A stretch of DNA of 38,721 nucleotides from a virus (taxonomy: Duplodnaviria > Caudoviricetes): positions 1 to 38,721 of the IMG/VR virus record IMGVR_UViG_3300035666_000068. The stretch is one strand, 5' to 3'. Shown here piece by piece: positions 1 through 7,209 of the stretch. The translations under genes were made by a program, and so were the position numbers. The notes under the pieces are model-generated. The model did no database searches and was not told the origin of the DNA. It saw only the letters and a list, made by a program, of their open reading frames with translations. The number at the start of each line of letters is the position of its first letter. The first letter of the stretch is position 1.

Positions 1-896
1 CACCCCGAGTGGGTCACCATTTACTTAATGGCATATGATCTCGACCCGTCTCGTTGGCTCGTGATCTCGGATCTTCAGATCCCCTTTCATCATCAACACG
101 CGCTTGAATTTTGTAAGTACGTGCAGAAGCACTACCGAATTCCTGCGGAAAACATCCTGTGCGTGGGCGACGAAACCGATGGGTACTTCGGGGGGCTGTG
201 GCCTAAGGACCCGAACGGTCACCACTCGGCGATGAGTGAGCTCCAGTCCTCAGTGGAGGAACTGCGGAAGTGGTATCAGACCTTCCCTGAGATGCGGCTT
301 GCGATCTCGAATCACGGGACTCGTTGGCTACGGAAAGCAACACAGGCGGAGATCCCTTCAATCATGCTTCGCCGCTACGAGGATGTGCTTGAAGCCCCTG
401 CGGGGTGGCGGTGGCAGAAGACCTGGAGAGTCCCGGCTAAGTATCCGTTCATGATTGAGCACGGGGACGCTCATGGGGGTCAGACACCACACAAACAAGC
501 GGCAATGCTTAACGGAATCTCGACTGCAATTGGACACTTTCACTCGATTGCGGGAGTGGAGTACATGAAGACGAATGGCATGAACGTCTGGGGATTATGT
601 ACAGGGTCATTAATTGACTTTGAACAATACGCGTTTCACTACGCTCGGGACGCGAAGCTGAAGCCTCAGATCGGGGTGGGTGTGGTCGTTGACGACGGTC
701 GGTGGGCACAATGGATTCCGCTTTAGACTTTAATCAGTACGCCGGACGGATGGTCAGTGTGAACTACTTTGAGTCTGACCGCTGGGTGGATGGCCGATTA
801 GTTCGTCAAGTGTCACTTGGCGAGGATCTTTCGTTTCTAGTTCTTGAACTTCAAAACGGTTCTGAGTTTTTAGTCGATCTTCAACACTTGATAGCC
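1..896 (+). repeat. Left copy of imperfect direct terminal repeat
   Basis: Colinear with 37826-38721 at a constant offset of 37825; first 23 nt and last 21 nt identical, many internal substitutions. Confidence 0.97.
28..726 (+). CDS. Calcineurin-like metallophosphoesterase (allele 1)
   Basis: Motifs SDLQIP, GDETD, SNHG, EHGD, GHFH match the DxH/GDxxD/GNH/H/GHxH pattern. Confidence 0.85.
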   Translation: MAYDLDPSRWLVISDLQIPFHHQHALEFCKYVQKHYRIPAENILCVGDETDGYFGGLWPKDPNGHHSAMSELQSSVEELRKWYQTFPEMRLAISNHGTRWLRKATQAEIPSIMLRRYEDVLEAPAGWRWQKTWRVPAKYPFMIEHGDAHGGQTPHKQAAMLNGISTAIGHFHSIAGVEYMKTNGMNVWGLCTGSLIDFEQYAFHYARDAKLKPQIGVGVVVDDGRWAQWIPL

Positions 897-950
897 GTTG
901 AATTAAAACCTTCAGCTCTGCGTCCAACTCTGCAAAGCGTTTCATCATAA
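711..950 (+). CDS. Small protein, possible Sm/Hfq-like beta-barrel
   Basis: Differences from the second repeat copy are almost all synonymous in this frame; pattern GRMVSV...V.GRL...FLVLE...FLVDL..L.AVE; start at ATG 711 or 702. Confidence 0.7.
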   Translation: MDSALDFNQYAGRMVSVNYFESDRWVDGRLVRQVSLGEDLSFLVLELQNGSEFLVDLQHLIAVELKPSALRPTLQSVSS

Positions 951-1104
951 GGTCGAGAGTCATTCCGTTCATGCCTTTTCCTAGTGTTCTAAAAGAGTTA
1001 GCGATGCTGTGAAGCACCTTAAATAAGTGCGCGATGAGAGAGACTAATCCGACGACTGCGGTAGCTGCAAGTACTGCGATGAATAAATCAAGCACGCCTA
1101 TCAA
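754..1104 (-). CDS. Membrane-anchored coiled-coil protein
   Basis: Hydrophobic N-terminal helix then heptad-like segment; last gene of the minus-strand run; overlaps 711-950 antisense. Confidence 0.55.
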   Translation of the reverse strand: MIGVLDLFIAVLAATAVVGLVSLIAHLFKVLHSIANSFRTLGKGMNGMTLDLMMKRFAELDAELKVLIQRLSSVEDRLKTQNRFEVQELETKDPRQVTLDELIGHPPSGQTQSSSH

Positions 1105-1291
1105 CCTTCCTGCGCTCTAGTCCCCTCGTGCATTTCAGAATCAGGTCACGGAGTTTCCCGATCTCCTGCTTGATCAGTGCGCGGTCGTTTGTGAGGAGTT
1201 TTCCAACCTGTCGTTCCATCGTCCACAGCGAGTGAAGAATCTCTTCTGTGGCATTCGGTGCACGCCTCGTGGATTTGCGCGTCTCTTTCAT
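1088..1291 (-). CDS. Hypothetical protein
   Basis: ATGA overlap with upstream RHH gene and GGAG upstream of start. Confidence 0.6.
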   Translation of the reverse strand: MKETRKSTRRAPNATEEILHSLWTMERQVGKLLTNDRALIKQEIGKLRDLILKCTRGLERRKVDRRA

Positions 1292-1488
1292 ATGGCTCCT
1301 GACTTCTCGAGCTTCCGGCTGAGGCGCTCGTTATCCATGACAATGTCAGTGCATATAAGCATGTGGCGAATCGCATCGGTGCGGGTTCCTTTCAACTTCT
1401 CCGCTACCCTGTCGAGGTGCTCGAGCAGAGTGTCGTCGAGGTAGAACGTGATCAGGTTATGGGGTCTTTGCTTCTTCTTTCGGGTCAT
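1288..1488 (-). CDS. Ribbon-helix-helix (CopG/Arc-like) DNA-binding protein
   Basis: ITFYLDDTLLEHLDRVAEKLKGTRTDAIRHML fits the beta-alpha-alpha RHH pattern. Confidence 0.75.
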   Translation of the reverse strand: MTRKKKQRPHNLITFYLDDTLLEHLDRVAEKLKGTRTDAIRHMLICTDIVMDNERLSRKLEKSGAI

Positions 1489-1684
1489 AGTCTAAATAAA
1501 TCTTTCCGTTGCAGTGGATACAGGTTTCGCCGTCCTCGCTTTTACCGTCCCAATCACAGGAGTCACACTTCATGAGGTAGGTAGGAGAATCGTGGGGGTC
1601 GTTAGGATTATGTACCTCGATGATATCCTCTCTCTCGGGGATACGGTCGGGGTATACGATACGGAGTGCGTCTTTGAAATTCAT
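1457..1684 (-). CDS. Zn-ribbon protein
   Basis: CDSC...CIHCNG paired CxxC motifs. Confidence 0.65.
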   Translation of the reverse strand: MNFKDALRIVYPDRIPEREDIIEVHNPNDPHDSPTYLMKCDSCDWDGKSEDGETCIHCNGKIYLDYDPKEEAKTP

Positions 1685-1891
1685 TTATCGACACTCGAGT
1701 TTATCTAGGATCTCGATCGCGGCAAAGAGGTCCATTACCAACTCGTCGCGCCTACACTCGTGAAGGCTATCGTAATGTCCGCGCTGAAGGTCTTCCGAAG
1801 CCTGGTGAACGCTCTGGAGCATGGCGCTGACCGCCCTGAGCTCCGGGATATGGTTTAGGATCTTCTCGGTCTTCTTAGTTCTTTTCTTCAT
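1685..1891 (-). CDS. Hypothetical protein
   Basis: GGAG upstream of ATG; abuts next gene. Confidence 0.65.
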   Translation of the reverse strand: MKKRTKKTEKILNHIPELRAVSAMLQSVHQASEDLQRGHYDSLHECRRDELVMDLFAAIEILDKLECR

Positions 1892-1914
1892 TTACTCTCT
1901 CCAATGGTTATCGA

Positions 1915-2295
1915 TCATGTTCTGACTAGCAGAGCCCATCTTTTTAACGGCCAGTAGTTATCGAGTATGTTCTGCCCGGCGGGGCCCATCTTCTCGACGA
2001 CGGCCTTTTTAAAGTGGTAGCTGTGCTCAGCGTAGGACTCTTTAATAGCTTCAAAAATACCTAGGTCAGCGGGGCTAGGCTCGAACCTATAACGAAGGTG
2101 GATCGCCGTCCCGCTATACCAACGGGTGTCGTCCATTAGGTCGCCGTGCGCTTCTACCGTCTCGAGAGCTTTAATGGCCTTGATAAGGTCATCGTTAGGG
2201 CAGGAGAGGAAGGTAACGTAAATCGCGCCGCTATACTTCCTAACCGAGTTCTTTACACCGTACTGCTTACAAAGCGCCTTAATCGTCTTGGTCAT
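1915..2295 (-). CDS. Hypothetical protein, N-terminus reminiscent of LPD29-like domains
   Basis: IKALCKQYGVKNSVRKYSGAIYVTF; directly downstream of a promoter-like element; family call tentative. Confidence 0.6.
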   Translation of the reverse strand: MTKTIKALCKQYGVKNSVRKYSGAIYVTFLSCPNDDLIKAIKALETVEAHGDLMDDTRWYSGTAIHLRYRFEPSPADLGIFEAIKESYAEHSYHFKKAVVEKMGPAGQNILDNYWPLKRWALLVRT

Positions 2296-2301
2296 GTACT
2301 A

Positions 2302-2328
2302 ACTATACCACTAACTAGTACTACTAGT
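2302..2328 (-). promoter_or_regulatory. Extended -10 promoter (TG-G-TATAGT) with adjacent 15-bp palindromic operator-like site
   Basis: TATAGT at 2307-2302, 6 nt before ATG 2295; ACTAGTA-C-TACTAGT at 2314-2328. Confidence 0.6.
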
Positions 2329-2599
2329 AAGTAAAATCGTCTAAAGGTATTGGGTCTAATCCTTTCGCGTAGTTAGCGACCCTCTCGATAGGGGTATTAG
2401 TCCAGATCGAGATGCGCCAGATATCCGCGTCTGAGGGTGGGACCTTATCCGTGACCACCCTCTTCCAGGCGAACTTAAGGAATCTGTCCCGGCGTTTCTT
2501 ATCGTAGCCTGATTTACGGTAGTGCTGCTTTAACCATTCACTGAACTCGATACGAGTCAGCTCGTCGTCCGTGAGGTGCTCCCATGCGTCGTATTTCAT
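2324..2599 (-). CDS. Hypothetical protein, possible degenerate XRE-like HTH
   Basis: FSEWLKQ...PSDADIWRISIWTNTPIERV resembles XRE helices 1 and 4-5; weak. Confidence 0.5.
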   Translation of the reverse strand: MKYDAWEHLTDDELTRIEFSEWLKQHYRKSGYDKKRRDRFLKFAWKRVVTDKVPPSDADIWRISIWTNTPIERVANYAKGLDPIPLDDFTY

Positions 2600-2609
2600 G
2601 GGAAAAACT

Positions 2610-2858
2610 CTAAAGGGTTCTTTTCCTCCTGGCTAGATGCCTCTCGTATAATCCCGGAGAAACTTTATCGATCCACGCTTTATACTTCGGGTAACGGTCA
2701 GCGAGCCAGACGATCCCCATTTGATGTCTGAGCGAATGGCAGGCCCGGCACATGGGTACTAGGTTCTCAGGGTCGTCCGATCCACCAGACCCACGAGTCT
2801 TTAAGTGGTCGTACTCCGTGGCTTGACCGTGGCAGATGATGCACTTAACACCGATCAT
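2610..2858 (-). CDS. HNH endonuclease
   Basis: CxxC...DH...GG....NL..MCxxCH...H. Confidence 0.9.
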   Translation of the reverse strand: MIGVKCIICHGQATEYDHLKTRGSGGSDDPENLVPMCRACHSLRHQMGIVWLADRYPKYKAWIDKVSPGLYERHLARRKRTL

Positions 2859-3334
2859 AGCTCCGATGACTTTGCCTGATAGGAATCCATCTCGATCACG
2901 CGGTTGATTCTCGAAATCAAATCAGCGTCTAGGTATTTCATCGCTCGGTGTTTTTCTAGAGCGTCCTCGACCGACTGTGTTTCTGGCTTCATAGCTTCCG
3001 GGATTCTTCCAAGCGCCCAACGAAGGGTTGATATCCGAGTTTGATTTTCTCCTAGCGCCGTCGTGTAAACCACAAGCCACCGAAGGAGTTTAAAAATCAA
3101 AACCGAGTCAGCCAGGGTGGGGTTAGCCGCCAATCTTCCGTCGATGTACTCCGAGAGTGCCGGGTGAAAACTCGGAACGTAAACCGGGAAATGCAGGTGA
3201 GGTTTTGCCGCAACCATGATCGCGGTTTGTGTGAAGTAATCCTCCGCTGAAATAATTTTGCGAACGTACATCGAGTAAAGCTCGTGCTCTGGAGAATCGT
3301 AAGCGTCTGCGAGAGGTGGTAAATCAAAATCCAT
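2855..3334 (-). CDS. Hypothetical protein downstream of replication initiator
   Basis: 159-aa ORF overlapping both neighbours; no motif recognised. Confidence 0.65.
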   Translation of the reverse strand: MDFDLPPLADAYDSPEHELYSMYVRKIISAEDYFTQTAIMVAAKPHLHFPVYVPSFHPALSEYIDGRLAANPTLADSVLIFKLLRWLVVYTTALGENQTRISTLRWALGRIPEAMKPETQSVEDALEKHRAMKYLDADLISRINRVIEMDSYQAKSSEL

Positions 3335-4100
3335 CGCCGAAAATCTCCTTGTCGAGTTGCTCGCTCCTTCGTCGCTGCTCTTCGGCTTTCGTCTCAGCCT
3401 CGAGTTTAGCTGCCAGCACCTTCGGTTTAAAATCCACCCAGTCGCGCCACTCGGTTGCCCAAGTCGAGAAGTGCTTTAGGTATTGGGGCTCCGTCCGATT
3501 CAACCTACAGTGCTCTGCGTAATTCTCTACGGCTTTCTCGACGAGAGGTAAATCGGATTCTTTCACCTTTCGTAGCTTTTCCAGTCCCCGGCTCTTGCCT
3601 TCCTTACGAGGAAACTTTTCATACACACGCTCAAGGCGCGCAGCGAATTGAGCATATGTATTTGTATTAATACTAGAGGAAGAGGAAGAGGTAGAGGAAG
3701 AGGGCCTAGTCTTAGCCCCCGTTTGGCTAGGCCGAGAATTAGTGTTTAGCCTACGTTTGGCCTCGAAATTCTCCTTTGTTTTCAAGCCCCCTGCTTTTGA
3801 GGCTTGGATGCGCTGCATTCTCCACTCATGTTTCTCTCTTGTGCCAGCAACGTAGACGAATTCCGGCCCTGTTTGGCCTTCCAACTGGGCTAAACCTACG
3901 CCAACTATATGTTCCCAAAAGGGAATCGTTTTGAACAGTGTGAGTGGAACTAGCTTTCTGTCGCGTGCCCAGAATTCTTGCGACATCTTCCACGCTAAAA
4001 GCATTATTCCATCCGCCTTAAGCCGATCTCCGACTAGCTGCGCCAGAGCCTCACGGCGAGAGTCGCCCCACCATTCAAAGTCAACGTTCACTCTCGGCAT
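3324..4100 (-). CDS. Phage replication initiator / replisome organizer
   Basis: Helical N-domain ending ASKAGGLK, Ser-rich linker SSSTSSSSSS, C-domain with YEKFPRKEGK and YLKHFSTW motifs typical of phage initiators. Confidence 0.75.
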   Translation of the reverse strand: MPRVNVDFEWWGDSRREALAQLVGDRLKADGIMLLAWKMSQEFWARDRKLVPLTLFKTIPFWEHIVGVGLAQLEGQTGPEFVYVAGTREKHEWRMQRIQASKAGGLKTKENFEAKRRLNTNSRPSQTGAKTRPSSSTSSSSSSINTNTYAQFAARLERVYEKFPRKEGKSRGLEKLRKVKESDLPLVEKAVENYAEHCRLNRTEPQYLKHFSTWATEWRDWVDFKPKVLAAKLEAETKAEEQRRRSEQLDKEIFGDGF

Positions 4101-4288
4101 GATGACTCCAAAGAGTGCATGAACTGCTCACCTTCTTTGTTGAGCAACTCGGCCTCATCTAAGACCTCGAGCAACCTTTGAAGAATATCTTGCGCCGACG
4201 GGGGAGGTGACTCCTCGAAAACCCATCTAAAAATTTCGGATAGAAGAATTCTACGCAGAAGTGCGTGACGCTTTTGCACCAGTCCCAT
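4088..4288 (-). CDS. Hypothetical protein
   Basis: ATG 4288 preceded by GGAGGGG; overlaps initiator start. Confidence 0.55.
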   Translation of the reverse strand: MGLVQKRHALLRRILLSEIFRWVFEESPPPSAQDILQRLLEVLDEAELLNKEGEQFMHSLESSCRE

Positions 4289-4361
4289 TACCCCTCCCAG
4301 GAGATTCAAAGTTGTCTAGTACGGAGGTTTCAGATAGAACTGTTTCCGCACTTATCTTGTA

Positions 4362-4415
4362 AAGAAAACCTAGCCCCGCAAGGAAGACTAAGTCAACCAA
4401 GCGGGGCTTTTTCTT
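4362..4415. terminator. GC-rich hairpin with T-tracts on both strands (bidirectional terminator or attenuator)
   Basis: AAGAAAA-cct-AGCCCCGC...GCGGGGCT-TTTTCTT. Confidence 0.65.
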
Positions 4416-4424
4416 AGCCAAACC

Positions 4425-4453
4425 TCGACAAGATTTCTAGGCGCATTTACCCT
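4425..4453 (+). promoter_or_regulatory. Sigma70-like promoter of the glycosyltransferase gene
   Basis: TCGACA-17 nt-TACCCT, 6 nt before ATG 4460; no SD. Confidence 0.55.
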
Positions 4454-4459
4454 CGATGA

Positions 4460-5935
4460 ATGCTCCCACCTAACAACGAAGAAAAAAATCTTTACCTCGA
4501 CTGGCAACGAAATAAACTCTATAGTTTCGGGACGTTAAGCCTCATAAGCTTAGTCATCGGGATGGCGCTCTTCCTCCGGGCGCATGAGAATTTCCTCTTA
4601 TTTCTGCCGGTCATGGGTCTCACGGCTTTGTATCTCGCAGTGAGTTATTTGATCGTGTGGACCTCTAGTCCCTTCAGTAAAGCCCTTCACGAGTTCACAA
4701 AACAAGCGGCGGGGTCTACGAGGAAGCCCGTTGATATTCTCTACCCGACTTGTGGGGAACCCTTAGAAACAATCGCCGACGCTCTCGTATCGATCCGTCT
4801 CGCCGCTGATGCCTGGCATCCTGACTCAACCGTGTGGGTCTTGGACGATTCCGGGAGAGTGGAAGTCGCGTCCCTCGCCGATCAGTTCCAAATGAACTAC
4901 CGCACTCGACCGAACAAGGGCGAAGGGAAGAAGGCGGGAAACCTTCTCTCGGTTTGGCCGGAACTCACACATGAATTCTTCTGCATCTTCGACGCTGACT
5001 TCCGTCCTTCGATCGAGTTCTTCCCGGAGTTAATGCCCCACTTCTCGACGAAGAAAGTCGCCATTGTTCAGTCACCACAATTCTTCCGAGTCGAGGGGAA
5101 CTGGATCTCAAAAGGCGCCGCCCAAGTTCAAGAGCTCTTCTACCGAATCATTCAAGTCGCTCGAGACTATTGGGGTGCGCCGATCTGTGTCGGGACGAAT
5201 GCGATCTATCGGCGAGAGGCGTTTCCAAATGGGACTTATCAGATCCCATATTCCGAAGACGTTCACACTGGATGGGACGCGAAGGCTCGGGGGTATTGGA
5301 TTCAATACGTGCCATTAAATCTCGCGGTGGGAGAGTGCCCTACCAAGGTTAAAAACTTCTTCGTTCAGCAGTACCGTTGGGCGATGGGGTCTTTATCGCT
5401 TGCCGGTAATGTAGAGTTCTGGCGCTCCCCAATCGGAGTCATTAAGAAGCTCTGTTATTCCTGCGGATTCGGTTACTATATTTCCACAGGTCTATCAGTG
5501 GTCGTGGCGTTTCTCCCTTCACTCTTCGTGCTCGTCTACCGACCGGATATGTTTAAGTACTGGAACTACTTCTTCGTGCTTCCCTCGCTGCTCTTCTCGA
5601 CAATTGGGATGGCGTATTGGAGTAAGGCTAAGTTCGGCGTGTATTCCCTCGTAGTAAAACGTATCTCGAGTGGAGCGCATTTCTCAGCTCTCGTTGATCG
5701 CATGACTGGGAAGATGATCCCCTGGCAACCAACGGGTGGGGCGGTGTCCTCGTCGTGGAAGTTCTATGCGTGGCTAGGGTTTCAGTGGTTCTGGCCGTGC
5801 CTCATGACAGGCGTCCTCTTGACGATCGGACTCGCGACCGTGCCGATGGTTCACTTGATCCCAACGGTGTTGACCGCCGGACTAGAACTGTATCTCGCGG
5901 GTTGTGTGCTCGCTCTCTATGCGAAGCACGGCTGA
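4460..5935 (+). CDS. Processive membrane GT2 glycosyltransferase, cellulose synthase catalytic subunit-like, no PilZ domain
   Basis: D,D,D,QxxRW signature (LDDS, DAD, SED, QQYRW), KAGNL, VQSPQ; 2 N-terminal and several C-terminal TM segments. Confidence 0.9.
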   Translation: MLPPNNEEKNLYLDWQRNKLYSFGTLSLISLVIGMALFLRAHENFLLFLPVMGLTALYLAVSYLIVWTSSPFSKALHEFTKQAAGSTRKPVDILYPTCGEPLETIADALVSIRLAADAWHPDSTVWVLDDSGRVEVASLADQFQMNYRTRPNKGEGKKAGNLLSVWPELTHEFFCIFDADFRPSIEFFPELMPHFSTKKVAIVQSPQFFRVEGNWISKGAAQVQELFYRIIQVARDYWGAPICVGTNAIYRREAFPNGTYQIPYSEDVHTGWDAKARGYWIQYVPLNLAVGECPTKVKNFFVQQYRWAMGSLSLAGNVEFWRSPIGVIKKLCYSCGFGYYISTGLSVVVAFLPSLFVLVYRPDMFKYWNYFFVLPSLLFSTIGMAYWSKAKFGVYSLVVKRISSGAHFSALVDRMTGKMIPWQPTGGAVSSSWKFYAWLGFQWFWPCLMTGVLLTIGLATVPMVHLIPTVLTAGLELYLAGCVLALYAKHG

Positions 5936-6158
5936 GTTAGAGTGGATGCAGAAAGAAGTCTTGGCGTTAATACGAGACTTTGATCTCGCCGTTGCTCACT
6001 ACCGACTAGAGGCAGAGATGATCGTGAACGAGCCGGAACTCACAGCGCTATTCGATCACCTCGACGCGCTGACACAGGACTACCCGATTGTGCGGGGGTG
6101 GTTCTTACGTAAAAAGATGCTTATCGACGAGAGGTTAAGACTTGCTAGACTTAAGTAG
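5904..6158 (+). CDS. Hypothetical protein
   Basis: Helical ORF between GT2 and next gene; start uncertain. Confidence 0.55.
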   Translation: MCSLSMRSTAELEWMQKEVLALIRDFDLAVAHYRLEAEMIVNEPELTALFDHLDALTQDYPIVRGWFLRKKMLIDERLRLARLK

Positions 6159-6400
6159 TGGGTCGGCTGATTGTCGTATTTACGGCGTTACTAGCTTTTA
6201 AATCAGGCGAGTGTAATCAGTTTTGCCGCGTGCAGGGGCTTGAATCAGGTAGGTACGCGGACAAGTACTGCATCTGTGTAAAGACTTTTAAATATTCTGA
6301 ACTATCCAAACCCCGCTACGGTCTACCTCCTGTTATAGATCACGAGGAAGAATCAAAGCCCATTTTCCGGCTCGACGACACTTGGGACTTTACAGACTAG
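6158..6400 (+). CDS. Exported Cys-motif peptide, CS-alpha-beta defensin-like
   Basis: Hydrophobic N-terminus then CNQFC...G...G...CIC; GTG overlaps upstream TAG. Confidence 0.6.
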   Translation: MGRLIVVFTALLAFKSGECNQFCRVQGLESGRYADKYCICVKTFKYSELSKPRYGLPPVIDHEEESKPIFRLDDTWDFTD

Positions 6401-6424
6401 CTCCCCTTCGCTAGCTAGTAAGTC

Positions 6425-6922
6425 ATGAAGTCACTACCCGATTTGATTATCGAGGCTCGTCAAATTTCTAAAGAAATACAGAACTACTCTGAGGATGTTT
6501 ATCCATACGACTTAGAGATTTTAAAAGATATCAACGAGGTCCAGAAGAAAGAAAAAATCGATGGCTACTCCGCGCTCATGGAGCAGTTCAAGCGTGAGGC
6601 TGAAATGTGGGAGGAGCAGGAGAAACTTTGCAAAAGCCAAAAGCAAAAACTCCAGAATCTTCTCGATAGGTTTAAGGATCGCCTCAAGGAGTGCATGAAA
6701 CTCGCGGGCACGAATGAGCTAGAGGGTTATTTGGCGCGCTTCGTTAATGTGAATATGAAGCCCAAGCTTGTGGTCGATGAAACGAAACTCCCGAAGAAGT
6801 ACCTTATGCCCGTTACTACCTACCAAGTGGATAAAGACGCGCTGCGTTTCGATCTCGAGCAAGGGGAGATCATCGAGGGAGCACACCTCGAACCCGTAAC
6901 GGCTTTGAGAAAGTACCCATGA
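6425..6922 (+). CDS. Siphovirus Gp157-family protein
   Basis: KIDGY..., long coiled coil, PKLVVDETKLPKKY...DKDALR..L..GE.IEGA.L. Confidence 0.85.
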   Translation: MKSLPDLIIEARQISKEIQNYSEDVYPYDLEILKDINEVQKKEKIDGYSALMEQFKREAEMWEEQEKLCKSQKQKLQNLLDRFKDRLKECMKLAGTNELEGYLARFVNVNMKPKLVVDETKLPKKYLMPVTTYQVDKDALRFDLEQGEIIEGAHLEPVTALRKYP

Positions 6923-7209
6923 AGTTGCCTATAAAGGTCCACGCTGCCCGTTTTTTCGCCTCCGCAGAGATCGAAAGGGTTCTTAAGACCGTACCCATGT
7001 TGTTTAGGTCACGCTTTGAGAAGCACCTTAAGGGGGGTCTAGGAAGGGCACAGTCCATGAACCTTAAATGCGCCGAGTGTGTAGGATTCGAGGACGTGGT
7101 GCAGCGAGTTAAGAACTGTGCTACTTGGAAATGCCCGCTTTGGAACTATCGACCACACCAGGAGAGAGATGATGGACTCAGTCAAGACGAAACAGGGAAC
7201 GACGCTTAA
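6919..7209 (+). CDS. Phage Cys4 Zn-finger-like protein
   Basis: KCAEC...VKNC...KCPLWNYRP. Confidence 0.7.
   Translation: MKLPIKVHAARFFASAEIERVLKTVPMLFRSRFEKHLKGGLGRAQSMNLKCAECVGFEDVVQRVKNCATWKCPLWNYRPHQERDDGLSQDETGNDA

Noticed and set aside
6389-6424. Promoter upstream of Gp157 (TTTACA-17-TAGCTA)
   Set aside because: The -10 hexamer lacks the conserved final T; too weak to call
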